DNA of 64,000 nt from an uncultured virus (IMG/VR IMGVR_UViG_3300031851_003771). Lineage: Duplodnaviria > Heunggongvirae > Uroviricota > Caudoviricetes. The stretch lies in the IMG/VR virus record IMGVR_UViG_3300031851_003771; one strand, written 5' to 3'. Each line of letters opens with the position of its first letter. Positions within the stretch are counted from its first letter, which is position 1. The notes below the pieces were generated by a model, which saw nothing but the letters and a program-made list of their open reading frames with translations, was not told the DNA's origin and did not search any database. Made by a program: the position numbers and the translations under genes. This document shows positions 19,876 through 30,129 of this stretch, in pieces.

Positions 19876-21759
19876 TTAGTCTTTTTTTACTTCCTCAAAA
19901 TCAGCATCAACTACATCATCGTCTTTCTTGTCTTTTGATTCTGATGTTTCTTCTTGTTGTTGATTTTTATAAACAGCTTCTCCAAGTTTCATACTAGCTT
20001 CAGCAAGTTGTTTGATACTTTCTTGCATCTGTGTAATATCATCGGATTTCAAAGATTCCGAAACTTTTATTTTTGAAGTTTCAATTGCTGATCTTTCTTC
20101 TTCAGATAACTTGCTACCGTGTTCGGACATCTGTTTATCTATTGAGTGTATCATAGTTTCAGCTTGGTTTTTAGTTTCAACTAACTCTTTTTTCTTTTGA
20201 TCTTCTTCTTTGTTAGCTTCTGCTTCTTTGACCATTCTTTCTATTTCACTATCATCAAGTCCACCTGATGCCTGGATTGTGATCTTTTGTTCTTTTCCAG
20301 TACCTTTGTCTTTTGCTGAAACATTTAAAATACCATTTGCATCTACGTCAAACGATACTTCAATTTGCGGAACACCTCTTGGTGCTGGTGCAACTCCTTC
20401 AAGATTAAAATTACCCAATAACTTATTATCATCTGCCATTTGTCTTTCACCTTGCACAACTTTAATTGTAACAGATGGTTGATTGTCATCAGCAGTAGAA
20501 AACACCTGACTTTTCTTTGTCGGTATTGTTGTGTTCTTTTCTATCAGTTTAGTTGCTACACCTCCTAGTGTTTCAATACCCAACGACAGAGGAGTTACAT
20601 CAAGTAAAAGTACATCTTTTACATCGCCTTGTAGTACTCCGCCTTGAATAGCGGCACCCAATGCCACCACTTCATCTGGATTAACACCTTGGTGTGGATC
20701 TTTGCCAAAGAATGTTTTCACTGTTTCATTTACTTTAGGCATTCTAGTCATACCACCAACTAAAATTACTTCTGTAATATCAGATTGTGATACACCGGCA
20801 TCTTTTAATGCTGTCTTACAAGGAGTAATTGTTCTTTGTACTAAAGATTCTACCAATCCTTCTAATTTTGCTCTTGTTATTTTAACATTTAAATGTTTTG
20901 GTCCAGTTTTATCTGCTGTGATAAAAGGTAAACTGATATCAGTTTGTGTTGTGCTTGATAATTCAATCTTGGCTTTCTCTGCCGCTTCTCTCACACGTTG
21001 AACTGCTAACTTGTCGTTAGTTAAATCAACTCCACTTTCTTTCTTAAATTCAGAAATGATATAATCTGTGATTGTAGCATCAAAGTCTTCACCACCCAGT
21101 GTTGTGTCACCGTTTGTGGATTTAACTTCAAACACGCCATCGCCTATTTCTAGTATAGATACGTCAAATGTACCACCACCTAAGTCGTACACAGCAACCA
21201 TACCTGATTTTTTCTTGTCAAGTCCGTATGCCAATGCCGCCGCAGTTGGTTCATTTATAATTCTTTCCACTTCCAATCCAGCAATCTTACCAGCGTCTTT
21301 GGTCGCTTGCCTTTGTGAGTCATTAAAGTACGCAGGAACTGTTATTACCGCTTTAGTTACTTCTTGACCCAAGTATTTCTCGGCCGTTTCCTTCATCTTA
21401 ACTAATACTTTAGCTGATATTTGACTCGGTGAGTATTTTTCTCCATTTGTTTCTACCCAAGCATCGCCTTTATCAGACTTAATTACTTTATAGGGTAATG
21501 TCGTGATGTCTTTTTGTATTTCGTTACTATCAAATTGTCTACCAATTAAACGTTTTGATGCAAAAATAGTATTTTCTGGATTTGTTACTGCTTGTCTTTT
21601 AGCAGGCATTCCTACTAATGTTTCTTGATCAGAGATCGATACTACACTTGGTGTAGTTCTTGCTCCTTCTGTATTTTCAATGACTTTAGGATCTGATCCT
21701 TCCATTACAGAAACACAAGAATTTGTTGTACCTAAGTCAATTCCAATTATTTTACTCAT
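19876..21759 (-). CDS. dnaK: Chaperone DnaK (Hsp70)
   Basis: [31 protein letters not shown]-terminal DADFEEV; start MSKII after SD GGAGG. Confidence 0.98.
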   Translation of the reverse strand: MSKIIGIDLGTTNSCVSVMEGSDPKVIENTEGARTTPSVVSISDQETLVGMPAKRQAVTNPENTIFASKRLIGRQFDSNEIQKDITTLPYKVIKSDKGDAWVETNGEKYSPSQISAKVLVKMKETAEKYLGQEVTKAVITVPAYFNDSQRQATKDAGKIAGLEVERIINEPTAAALAYGLDKKKSGMVAVYDLGGGTFDVSILEIGDGVFEVKSTNGDTTLGGEDFDATITDYIISEFKKESGVDLTNDKLAVQRVREAAEKAKIELSSTTQTDISLPFITADKTGPKHLNVKITRAKLEGLVESLVQRTITPCKTALKDAGVSQSDITEVILVGGMTRMPKVNETVKTFFGKDPHQGVNPDEVVALGAAIQGGVLQGDVKDVLLLDVTPLSLGIETLGGVATKLIEKNTTIPTKKSQVFSTADDNQPSVTIKVVQGERQMADDNKLLGNFNLEGVAPAPRGVPQIEVSFDVDANGILNVSAKDKGTGKEQKITIQASGGLDDSEIERMVKEAEANKEEDQKKKELVETKNQAETMIHSIDKQMSEHGSKLSEEERSAIETSKIKVSESLKSDDITQMQESIKQLAEASMKLGEAVYKNQQQEETSESKDKKDDDVVDADFEEVKKD

Positions 21760-21835
21760 ACTGCTTTCCTCCTTTATATTAAGCAAGGGTTTGTCAACAG
21801 CCTATACATATAGCACTGTGTCTTAATATTTATTG
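21760..21835 (-). promoter_or_regulatory. ROSE-like thermometer leader of dnaK
   Basis: ATAAATA, hairpin ACAGTGCTAT-ATGT-ATAGGCTGT, then CCTTGCTT..AAAGGAGG. Confidence 0.55.
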
Positions 21836-21872
21836 TTGTATATTATATAATAACGATTATGTAAATTGCGAC

Positions 21873-22100
21873 CTATATAGGATGTATTAATTTTATTTTT
21901 TTGCCAATTTCTGTTTTAGTTGGCAAATCGCCATATTCTTCAACAAAAACTTTTAGAACTTGTTTATAAAATATAGTACTATCGTGGTCGACTTTTTGGT
22001 TTATACTAGATAAAGATAGATTGTCTGCATTTTGTAACACTTGTAGTGCTATGCTTGATTCAATTTGCAGTTGTCTTAGTTTTAAACTATCAATTTCCAT
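21873..22100 (-). CDS. Hypothetical protein
   Basis: ORF overlapping the upstream gene end in an operon. Confidence 0.6.
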   Translation of the reverse strand: MEIDSLKLRQLQIESSIALQVLQNADNLSLSSINQKVDHDSTIFYKQVLKVFVEEYGDLPTKTEIGKKIKLIHPI

Positions 22101-22641
22101 TTATAAATTCCATATTTAAAAAAGCATCAGCACCATTTCCAACTAACTCTGGCCAATCCTTTGGAGCATTTTTATCAGCATTATCAGATATGTACTTATA
22201 ACATAGAAAGTCAATGTTATGTTCTTTACAGAATTTTGCATAAGCATATGATTCCATATCAACTAGATCTGTTTTTATTTTAGGATCAGACATAACAAAG
22301 TTATCTCCTGTTCCACAGGAATATCCATCATCATCAAAACTGATTGTACTATCGTCTTCATACGGTGTTTGTCCAAATTCAAAACCAAGTCCGGTTACAT
22401 CCATATCTCGCTGTTTGAATACTGTTACTGGAACTAGTCCAGAAAGTCCTTTGTTTAATGTTCCTGCTGTTCCATAATTAATGATTAACTTTGGATTGTA
22501 TTCGTGATATGCCTTGACAATAGATATAGAAGCATTAATTTTTCCTACACCAGTGTATACAATATTCCAGTCTGGCATCAAATTCTTGGGTAATTCATTT
22601 TCTAAAGCAACTAATATTACACAATCTTTTTTATCAACCAT
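22090..22641 (-). CDS. 5'-methylthioadenosine/SAH nucleosidase family protein
   Basis: TGVGKINA, NYGTAG, GTGDNFV, VDMES, KYISDNAD. Confidence 0.85.
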   Translation of the reverse strand: MVDKKDCVILVALENELPKNLMPDWNIVYTGVGKINASISIVKAYHEYNPKLIINYGTAGTLNKGLSGLVPVTVFKQRDMDVTGLGFEFGQTPYEDDSTISFDDDGYSCGTGDNFVMSDPKIKTDLVDMESYAYAKFCKEHNIDFLCYKYISDNADKNAPKDWPELVGNGADAFLNMEFINGN

Positions 22642-23149
22642 ATTGTAATACCGATCTTACAGGTGACGTTAACTGTGTTGAACCGTTTAACAATGATAAT
22701 TCAATTACAAACATTGACAGCACAACGTTGCCTCCGGCTTTATGTATTAAGTCTTCTGCACACTTTATTGTTCCGCCTGTAGCTAACAGATCATCAACTA
22801 GCACCACTCTCTTGCCTTTGATATCTCTTGCCTTTTGTATTGCTAAAGATGAACTGCCGTATTCGAGTGTATATGTTTGTTCTATTAATTTACCAGGTAG
22901 TTTATTTGGTTTCCTAATCATCAATGAACCTACTCCTAATTGTTGGCTAACCAACGTTGAGAATAAAAATCCTCTTGCATCAATTCCTGCTATATAATCA
23001 GGTTGATAATCTTTTGCTATTGCAACAAGATTGTTTTTGACAATTTTTAGTGCTTCATAATTTTCTAATATAGGACTAATATCTTTAAAAACTATTCCTT
23101 TAACAGGGAAGTCTTTTATGCTATCTACAAAGTTATAGAGATTTACCAT
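22634..23149 (-). CDS. apt: Adenine phosphoribosyltransferase
   Basis: DFPVKGIVFKDI, DARGF, LEYG, VDDLLATGGT. Confidence 0.93.
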   Translation of the reverse strand: MVNLYNFVDSIKDFPVKGIVFKDISPILENYEALKIVKNNLVAIAKDYQPDYIAGIDARGFLFSTLVSQQLGVGSLMIRKPNKLPGKLIEQTYTLEYGSSSLAIQKARDIKGKRVVLVDDLLATGGTIKCAEDLIHKAGGNVVLSMFVIELSLLNGSTQLTSPVRSVLQYG

Positions 23150-23166
23150 TGTACTTCTTTCATTAG

Positions 23167-23243
23167 TGGCGGGAGTGAAGGGACTCGAACCCTCGGCCTA
23201 CCGCGTGACAGGCGGTCGCTCTAACCAACTGAGCTACACCCCC
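23167..23243 (-). tRNA. tRNA-Asp(GTC)
   Basis: Cloverleaf, TAGCTCAGTTGGTTAGAGC, anticodon GTC, GGTTCGAGTCC, encoded CCA. Confidence 0.96.
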
Positions 23244-23253
23244 AAGGTGTATT

Positions 23254-23329
23254 TGGTGGGTAGTAAAGGACTCGAACCTTTGACCCCCTCGGTGTAAACG
23301 AGATGCTCTACCAACTGAGCTAACCACCC
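23254..23329 (-). tRNA. tRNA-Val(TAC)
   Basis: Cloverleaf, anticodon TAC, GGTTCGAGTCC, encoded CCA. Confidence 0.96.
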
Positions 23330-23523
23330 TACTTTTTACTACGGTGGTGATCTTCCAAAGCAAATTGAAAAGCAACTGTCATATCACTTGCTAGATTTGG
23401 ATATCTCTCAACCATCATCTTGTAGAACAAATCTCTTTGACTTTTGTCCATTCTAGCAATTACTTCGGTTAAGTCGTCTGCATTCTTAATTATATTATCT
23501 ATTGCCATTGCGAAGTTCTCCAC
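23329..23523 (-). CDS. Hypothetical protein
   Basis: Short ORF directly upstream of the tRNAs. Confidence 0.55.
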   Translation of the reverse strand: MENFAMAIDNIIKNADDLTEVIARMDKSQRDLFYKMMVERYPNLASDMTVAFQFALEDHHRSKK

Positions 23524-23587
23524 TGTTAATAATTATAATTATTATATGGTAAATTTATAATTTTGTAAAGAGATTTATTAAGAATAA

Positions 23588-23616
23588 TTTACTAGCTGTA
23601 TAAAACAGCTAGTAAA
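23588..23616 (-). terminator. Hairpin terminator
   Basis: TTTACTAGCTGT / ACAGCTAGTAAA 12-bp inverted repeat. Confidence 0.7.
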
Positions 23617-23627
23617 AATATTAAGTG

Positions 23628-23927
23628 TTATACTGTTGCTGTTGACATTGTTATAACAATGCCATTTTCAGTTGCGTGTGCATCTGAGGCTTCTCTGAAT
23701 GCTTGGTAGTCTGCGTGGTTACTAACTTCATTAGCTGAATCTTCTGAATCGTAAGTAACAACTGTTGTTGTCACTAGACCATCTGTATCAGTATTGATCG
23801 ATTGTAATTTACCTGCATCTTGTGATGCCTGTAACACGGCTTCCATTGCTGTTCTGATTTCTCCGCCTGCATATATACTTGTTTCTGCATTTGGTAGAGT
23901 AACAGTAATCGTAATTTGATGTGCCAT
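23628..23927 (-). CDS. Acidic hypothetical protein
   Basis: SD AGGAG, own TATAAATA promoter and terminator. Confidence 0.75.
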   Translation of the reverse strand: MAHQITITVTLPNAETSIYAGGEIRTAMEAVLQASQDAGKLQSINTDTDGLVTTTVVTYDSEDSANEVSNHADYQAFREASDAHATENGIVITMSTATV

Positions 23928-24028
23928 TTTTATGCTCCTATATATAGTTTTTTGTATCTTTATTGTATTTGCAAATAATACAACTATATTTATACTAAAT
24001 TTTAAAATATAAGAATTATACGGTGTTT

Positions 24029-24400
24029 TTATCTCTTTTTGTTACCGGTTTTTTTCTTAGTTTTAAAGGTTTGTTTTAAAGGATCAAAGTCTCCAAATGG
24101 TACGCCAGTTGTCTGAGAAGCTTTAATCTGTCTTCTATATTCATTTTTAATAGCTTCTTTACGTTTTACACGTTTTTTTTCACTTGGCTTCTGGTAATAC
24201 CTTCTGTCTTTGATCTCTTGTAGTACATTGTCATTAACTAGCTTACGTTTAAGTATACGCCAGGCTTTCATAATGTCATTGTCATACACTGTAACTTCCA
24301 TACCTTTTGGTTGCTCTTTTTTAACAAATTTCTTCTTGGGCTGAAAGCTGTCAAAATTGTTGTTTCTGGGCTTGAAGTTGTTTCTTGGTTTATTTTCCAT
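24029..24400 (-). CDS. rpsU: 30S ribosomal protein bS21 with terminal extensions
   Basis: VTVYDNDIMKAWRILKRK...RRYYQKPSEKKR. Confidence 0.88.
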   Translation of the reverse strand: MENKPRNNFKPRNNNFDSFQPKKKFVKKEQPKGMEVTVYDNDIMKAWRILKRKLVNDNVLQEIKDRRYYQKPSEKKRVKRKEAIKNEYRRQIKASQTTGVPFGDFDPLKQTFKTKKKTGNKKR

Positions 24401-24956
24401 TTTTTTCTCTTTTGTTATCTTGTATTGTAACAGGTTTCTTTAAAATTGCAAGTATTTTATTTCCTAAACGTTTAGGTGGATTATCATATGCAAAACTACT
24501 TATGTTGGAAACGAATTTTTTAAACTGTTCATCGCAGAATTCTTTCAATGCATTTTCTCTACCACGCATTTTCATTACTAGCTTCACTTTATCACCATCA
24601 TCAAGTATTTCCTGTATTTTTTTGGTTTTAACTAAAATGTCGCCGATGTCAGTACGTGGGCTGAATTGTATTTCTTTTACTTCAACTGCATTCTCCCTGT
24701 TCCTTTTGTCCTGCATTTTCTGTTTCTTCTTCTTTTCATACAGATACTTGCCGTGATCCATTATTCTACATATAGGTGGATTTACTTTAGTATTAATACA
24801 AACAAGATCTTCTCCAGATGATTTTGCCATTTGTATTGCATCATCTCTTCTTAAAATGTCATTCATATCTTCTCCAACTAATCTCACTTCCATTGATTTA
24901 ATATTGTAATTGATTAATGGTTTTTCAGATCTTTTATTATGAAAAGGTTTTTTCAT
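24390..24956 (-). CDS. infC: Translation initiation factor IF-3
   Basis: INYNIKSMEVRLVGE, PPICRIMDHGKYLYE, VKEIQF, GDKVK, RGRE. Confidence 0.92.
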   Translation of the reverse strand: MKKPFHNKRSEKPLINYNIKSMEVRLVGEDMNDILRRDDAIQMAKSSGEDLVCINTKVNPPICRIMDHGKYLYEKKKKQKMQDKRNRENAVEVKEIQFSPRTDIGDILVKTKKIQEILDDGDKVKLVMKMRGRENALKEFCDEQFKKFVSNISSFAYDNPPKRLGNKILAILKKPVTIQDNKREKNGK

Positions 24957-24959
24957 CTA

Positions 24960-26183
24960 TTATGAGGACATCTCTTGGTCATATACCAGTAAAGGTTCTT
25001 TGTTAAAGAACGTATCTTTACTAATAACAATTTTTTTAACTCCTTGACTAGCATAGTATGGTAAATCATATTGTGTATTTAATATTCCATTTTCAAGCAC
25101 TGTTTTTAAACCACGGGCACCAAGTTTCTTTAAAGAAGCTTGTTCCACTATGTAATCAACTGCATCTGATGAAAACTCAAGTTCTATGTTTTCCATTTTA
25201 AATAATCTTTTTGACTGTTCAATTAAACTATTTTTTACATTCAACAATATGGATTTTAAATCTTCGTCAGTTAATTCTTTGCAACCAACTATTACTGGTA
25301 ATCTACCTACTAACTCTGGTATTAATCCATATTTGATTAAATCATCTGGTTCTACTTTTGCAAGATCTTGTATTGTTTTTATTAAATCTCCTCCAAATCC
25401 CATTCTGCTTCCTTTAGTAGATCTACTTGCCATAGTTTTTTCTAAGCCAACAAATGCACCTCCGCAAATAAACAAAATATTAGATGTATCTAATTCAATC
25501 ATTTCTTGGCCAGGATGTTTCCTTCCGCCTTGTGGTGGAACACGTACTAATGTCCCTTCGATGATTTTTAACAATGCTTGTTGTACACCTTCACCTGATA
25601 CATCTCTCGTTATTGAAGTATTTTCAGACTTACGTGATTTTTTATCTATTTCGTCAATGTATATAATTCCACGTTGTGCTTTTTCAACATCAAAGTCTGC
25701 TTGTGATAACAATCTAGTAATTACATTTTCAACGTCATCTCCTACGTAACCACTTTCAGTTAGTGTTGTTGCATCTGCTATAGCAAAAGGCACGTCAACG
25801 TACTCGGCAACTTTCTTTGCCATTAGAGTTTTACCTGAACCGGACGGTCCTAATAATAATATATTAGATTTCTCTATTTCTGAGTTCTCTTCATTAATAT
25901 TATTAATTACTCTTTTGTAATGATTATATACTGCTACACTTAAAACTTTCTTTGCTTGTTCTTGTCCTATCACGTGTTGTTGTAGGAACTCAAATAGTTT
26001 CCGCGGATCAGGTGCTGTTATATCACTTGACTTTTTATCTTGTTTAGTCTCGCTTAAAATCGAATGACACAAATCTACACATTCATCACAGATAAAATTG
26101 TCTTTTGGACCAGCAATTAATTTCTGTGCATCAGCACGAGGTTTTTCACAAAACGAGCATTTCATTTCTATTGTATTACTCAT
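24960..26183 (-). CDS. clpX: ClpX ATPase
   Basis: Zn finger CSFC...[37 protein letters not shown]. Confidence 0.97.
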   Translation of the reverse strand: MSNTIEMKCSFCEKPRADAQKLIAGPKDNFICDECVDLCHSILSETKQDKKSSDITAPDPRKLFEFLQQHVIGQEQAKKVLSVAVYNHYKRVINNINEENSEIEKSNILLLGPSGSGKTLMAKKVAEYVDVPFAIADATTLTESGYVGDDVENVITRLLSQADFDVEKAQRGIIYIDEIDKKSRKSENTSITRDVSGEGVQQALLKIIEGTLVRVPPQGGRKHPGQEMIELDTSNILFICGGAFVGLEKTMASRSTKGSRMGFGGDLIKTIQDLAKVEPDDLIKYGLIPELVGRLPVIVGCKELTDEDLKSILLNVKNSLIEQSKRLFKMENIELEFSSDAVDYIVEQASLKKLGARGLKTVLENGILNTQYDLPYYASQGVKKIVISKDTFFNKEPLLVYDQEMSS

Positions 26184-26382
26184 TTATTCTTTTTCAACCA
26201 TTTTGATATCCATTCTTTATTCTGTGAATATTGATTAGTGCTTCTTGGATCGTATTGTAACGATGCTTTTACGCCTGGGTGTATTCCGTCCATATTAATA
26301 TTTTTCTGTTGTTCTTTTAATTTTACATTAAGATTGTCTTGAATGTCAATAGTCTTTTTTTCTAATTTGTTATCACTATCAG

Positions 26383-27915
26383 TTAGTCTTTTTTTTTAGA
26401 TTCGTCTTCATTACTTTTAGGTTTGTTTGGATCGGGCAATTCTTCTTTTTGTATATCCTGCTTCCAATATTGTTCCTTAACCTGTTGTTCACGTGATTGT
26501 TCATCTTTAAGAAAATCAGGTAGTCCATCTTCATAAAGAGGATCTACTATTTCTTCTTCCTGATGCTTTTTAGCATAATCTTCTAATGCTTGTTTTTCAG
26601 CTTTTTCACGTTCAGCAAAGTTTTTTAATTGTTCTGTCTTTCCTGGTTTAACTCCTGAGATCTCACCATTGGCGTTTTCTTTATCTTTTAAAGCATTAAA
26701 AACATCAAGTTGGCTTTTCATTTCATCATAACGTTCTTTCCAGTACTCATCAGGTTCTACACCTGCCTGGTCATCTAAGTTCTTATTAAATCTACTTTCA
26801 GCAAAATCTTCTATGCTTTTTCCATATCTTTGTTTCAAACTGTAGTTGGCCGCAATCAACATTAATACTGCTAATGGATCAAATACAAATATGATAATGA
26901 TAATGACCCATCTAACTGCTTCTTCAAGCATATTTTTATCTGCTGTTTCTCCATAAACAAACTCTGCAATGTATTTGATAGGTCCTACTTCTACTTCAAT
27001 CTTTTTAATCTCAGTCTGTAATGAAAACTTTTCTTCTGTCAAAGAATCAACTTCACCATAAGAAACAACAAGTTTATCTTCAATCTGTTTTATTTTTACA
27101 TCAATATCACCGGTCTTTAAATTTGCCTGAGTGCTCAACTCATTTATTTTTTCATTAATTGTTGTAATCTGTGATGAATACTTGTCTTTAATTGCTTGTA
27201 TATCACTATTCAGCTTATTTTGTATTGATATAATTTCTTTTTGTGCCGAGGCCGCTACTGCAACTTCATTCTTTCTTACTTGATCAATTTCTTTATCAAA
27301 TTTAGACTTACTAAAGGCACCTTTCATTCTTTCTTGTATTTGTTTAATATCTCTATCAGCACGTTCTTTGGCTTGAGCAATTCTATCTTTTTGTGTTTGT
27401 ATGCTTTGATTGGCTATTGAAGTAATACTTGCTACTTCTTTATCAATACGTTCATATATACTTTGTAATTTGTCTTGCTCTGAATCAACTAAACTATCAA
27501 CTCTAACATCTTCTCCGGTATTTAATCTTTGTAAATCAATCTTAAATCTAGATATCTTGTTATTTTCACGTAAAATACGATCATCAATTTGTTCAATTTT
27601 GTTTATAATCAAAGAACTTGGTGCTGTTTGTTCAACGTGAGCTTTAGATAAGAATCCAAATATACCCATTGACGTTATAAACATCAACACAAACACTGCT
27701 ATTGCTAGATAATATTTTATCAGTTTTGGAGCATTGGTCCAATTTTGATATAACCAAGATGCTGTGACTAATTTACCTACTTCAAGTACAGATCCCATTA
27801 TCATAATAGGAATTGCCGCACCGGCGAATATAGCCGCCAATCCTGCTATAGAATAAAATATTGCAACTGCACTAATCGACAATGCCGAGAGCAATGTTAA
27901 GAAAGTCAATACCAT
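26383..27915 (-). CDS. Membrane-anchored coiled-coil protein (possible -1 frameshift extension to 26180)
   Basis: Three N-terminal TMs, long coiled coil, EVGPIKYIA, FVFDPLAV TM; ends in a KKKD* A-run. Confidence 0.8.
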   Translation of the reverse strand: MVLTFLTLLSALSISAVAIFYSIAGLAAIFAGAAIPIMIMGSVLEVGKLVTASWLYQNWTNAPKLIKYYLAIAVFVLMFITSMGIFGFLSKAHVEQTAPSSLIINKIEQIDDRILRENNKISRFKIDLQRLNTGEDVRVDSLVDSEQDKLQSIYERIDKEVASITSIANQSIQTQKDRIAQAKERADRDIKQIQERMKGAFSKSKFDKEIDQVRKNEVAVAASAQKEIISIQNKLNSDIQAIKDKYSSQITTINEKINELSTQANLKTGDIDVKIKQIEDKLVVSYGEVDSLTEEKFSLQTEIKKIEVEVGPIKYIAEFVYGETADKNMLEEAVRWVIIIIIFVFDPLAVLMLIAANYSLKQRYGKSIEDFAESRFNKNLDDQAGVEPDEYWKERYDEMKSQLDVFNALKDKENANGEISGVKPGKTEQLKNFAEREKAEKQALEDYAKKHQEEEIVDPLYEDGLPDFLKDEQSREQQVKEQYWKQDIQKEELPDPNKPKSNEDESKKKD

Positions 27916-27923
27916 AGTATTAT

Positions 27924-28373
27924 TTATTTAGAAAATATGGCAGAATTGGCGCCGTGTTCGGCACATTCTACTTTAACAACATAACATCTATTGTCTGTTG
28001 CTTCTCTAATAAGTTTGTCTGCAAAGTTAAAGGCGTGTTCGGCAAACTTCTCTGTGCCTACTCCATCAAAGATTCTAATCTCTGCTAAATCCAATGCTTC
28101 TAATTCTTTAAACTTTTCAAGATGTGGATCTGCTTTGTCTAGTGCAAGTTTATGATCAAAGTTATCTTCTAACCAAGCCTTCAAAGGTTTAAGTCCACCA
28201 AAGTCAACTGCCCAGTTTTTGTTATCCAATTTATCACATCCAAATGTAAATGTAAATGCTAAACTGTATCCGTGTAGCAAATGACAATGTGAATGATCTG
28301 CATTTGGTTGTCTAAAAACTGCACTCAACCCAATGTTGTGTCCGTATTTTTTTGTACTAAAGTGTTTACTCAT
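27924..28373 (-). CDS. queD: 6-carboxytetrahydropterin synthase (QueD/PTPS family)
   Basis: SHCHLLHGY, VDFGGLK, FDHK, GTEKFA. Confidence 0.8.
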   Translation of the reverse strand: MSKHFSTKKYGHNIGLSAVFRQPNADHSHCHLLHGYSLAFTFTFGCDKLDNKNWAVDFGGLKPLKAWLEDNFDHKLALDKADPHLEKFKELEALDLAEIRIFDGVGTEKFAEHAFNFADKLIREATDNRCYVVKVECAEHGANSAIFSK

Positions 28374-28377
28374 ATGT

Positions 28378-28465
28378 ATCTCCTGTTTCTAACGGCAGAG
28401 TGTTTAGTGAGGGTTGACGTTTAGTCCTCATTATTAATACTACATTAATAATGCTTTAAAGTCAA
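28378..28465 (-). promoter_or_regulatory. Sigma70 promoter plus candidate preQ1-I-like pseudoknot leader
   Basis: TTGACT-17-TAGTAT; stem TGAGG/CCTCA with 13-nt loop, tail CCGTTAG before SD AGGAG. Confidence 0.5.
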
Positions 28466-28635
28466 GTATTATCTTTTTGTATTGTGGATTTGTTTTTAGT
28501 GATATGCCCACGTCTTTTCTTCAATCCCATACCCATATAATGATCACCAGGCTCGTATAGAAATCTATGCCTGTGGGTTCTATTGTACCATCTGGCATAT
28601 CTCCATAAGATTGTTGAAAAAATTGGTAGCTTCAT
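28462..28635 (-). CDS. Small hypothetical protein (57 aa, not in ORF track)
   Basis: MKLPIFSTILWRYARWYNR...YEPGDHYMG fills the intergenic gap. Confidence 0.45.
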   Translation of the reverse strand: MKLPIFSTILWRYARWYNRTHRHRFLYEPGDHYMGMGLKKRRGHITKNKSTIQKDNT

Positions 28636-28665
28636 CAGTCGTACTTATTAAAGTTCATTAAAAAG

Positions 28666-29490
28666 TTACTCAAGTAGGTTATTTGTTGCTTCAACTATTT
28701 CCTCAGTGGTGTAGCTTTCTGGATACCTACGTTCAATGTCAGATTCTATACATTCAGATCCGTATTGTACTTCAAGTATATGACAAGGACTGTCAGTGGT
28801 GTTTATACCCTGATGCCAGACGCCTACTGGAATAACAAAGCTCTCGTGTTGTCTTAAATGATACTGATCCACTTCCATTGCATCTTGATCTTCTTGGATA
28901 GTTTTTACACTGCATTTTCCTTTTAGAACATACCAATGTTCAGATCTTTTAAAATGACGCTGTGTACTTAATTTAGAATGTGGACTGATTACTAATTCTT
29001 TTACTTTATATCCTTCTTTGTCATCTAGTACCCTATACCAACCCCAAGATCTTGTTGTTTTAGCTGATTTCCATTCTTCAAGTATCCAACTGCTACTGTT
29101 TCTTTTAGTATCTCCACCTACTCCGTATATGAAATCAACTTTATTAGCATATGTAGTTTCTTCCGGTATATTGGCCTTTGTCCTATCTCCGCCATTGGCA
29201 AATATCATTTTATCAAAACTCATTGTAGCCATTGTTTTATATATGGCTCCACAGGCAGTGTCATCAGAATCGTCAAAAGACACAACATCATCTACCATAC
29301 TCAATGATTGAATTATTGCAAGTCTTTCTTTAAAAGGCATAAAAGGCTTTCCTTTTTTACGAATAAGCCATTCATCACTGTTTATGCCAACAACTAACTT
29401 ATTTCCAAGCTGTTTAGCACTTTTGAAGTACTCTATGTGTCCGCTGTGCAATGGATCAAATCCACCTGTAACTAAAACGACTGTTTTCAT
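28666..29490 (-). CDS. Cytidylyltransferase-family domain fused to a cupin (M6P isomerase type II-like)
   Basis: TGGFDPLHSGH (HxGH), ANGGDR; RSWGWYRVL, QRHFKRSEHW, EVQYG. Confidence 0.85.
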   Translation of the reverse strand: MKTVVLVTGGFDPLHSGHIEYFKSAKQLGNKLVVGINSDEWLIRKKGKPFMPFKERLAIIQSLSMVDDVVSFDDSDDTACGAIYKTMATMSFDKMIFANGGDRTKANIPEETTYANKVDFIYGVGGDTKRNSSSWILEEWKSAKTTRSWGWYRVLDDKEGYKVKELVISPHSKLSTQRHFKRSEHWYVLKGKCSVKTIQEDQDAMEVDQYHLRQHESFVIPVGVWHQGINTTDSPCHILEVQYGSECIESDIERRYPESYTTEEIVEATNNLLE

Positions 29491-29730
29491 TTATCTATTC
29501 CTATTTTTATAAAAAGATATATGATACGCACCATTACCAAAATGTGGTTGTATATCTCTAATAAAACTCATATTATCGCACCAACCAGGAAATTCTTTGT
29601 ATATTTGGCCTTGCCCTGTGACTACTGTTACTGACTTCACTGTATTATCTTTTTGTGCCTCTTGCACCCATTGGTGGAAAAATCTCCAAGCATCGTGAAT
29701 TGTAAACCCGTGTAAATCAATCCTTGACAT
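29491..29730 (-). CDS. Smr-domain protein
   Basis: IDLHG, VVTGQG, GNGA. Confidence 0.75.
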   Translation of the reverse strand: MSRIDLHGFTIHDAWRFFHQWVQEAQKDNTVKSVTVVTGQGQIYKEFPGWCDNMSFIRDIQPHFGNGAYHISFYKNRNR

Positions 29731-30127
29731 TTTCGATCAGTTTTTTTCTATTTTCTAGATGAGCTTTTACGATGTCATCTTTTGATTGTCCATTATATTC
29801 AACTGCTTGATAGTCTTTAATCATCTTTTCATTTAATATTTCATTGCCTACTTTAAACTTTCCAAGTATACGACCAAACTTACCTTTGCCATCTTTGATG
29901 GTAATTAATGTCTGTATAGATCCCACTGGCAAATGATCTCTCACATATGCTTTCGCTAATAGACCAAATTTCTTTTCTTCTAAGTCACGTGTTCTTGATT
30001 CCGGTGTATCTATTCCGTATAAACGCACTCTTTCTCTGTGCATCCATACACCAAATCCTAGATCAATATCAATATCTACAGTGTCTCCATCGATCACTCT
30101 TAAAATTCTACACTGGTATTCGTACAT
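29717..30127 (-). CDS. Thermonuclease (SNase-like)
   Basis: VIDGDTVD, RLYGIDTPE, GKFGRILG. Confidence 0.88.
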   Translation of the reverse strand: MYEYQCRILRVIDGDTVDIDIDLGFGVWMHRERVRLYGIDTPESRTRDLEEKKFGLLAKAYVRDHLPVGSIQTLITIKDGKGKFGRILGKFKVGNEILNEKMIKDYQAVEYNGQSKDDIVKAHLENRKKLIENVKD

Positions 30128-30129
30128 TT

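Noticed and set aside
23163..23375. 70-aa minus-strand ORF
   Set aside because: It is a translation of tRNA-Val and tRNA-Asp
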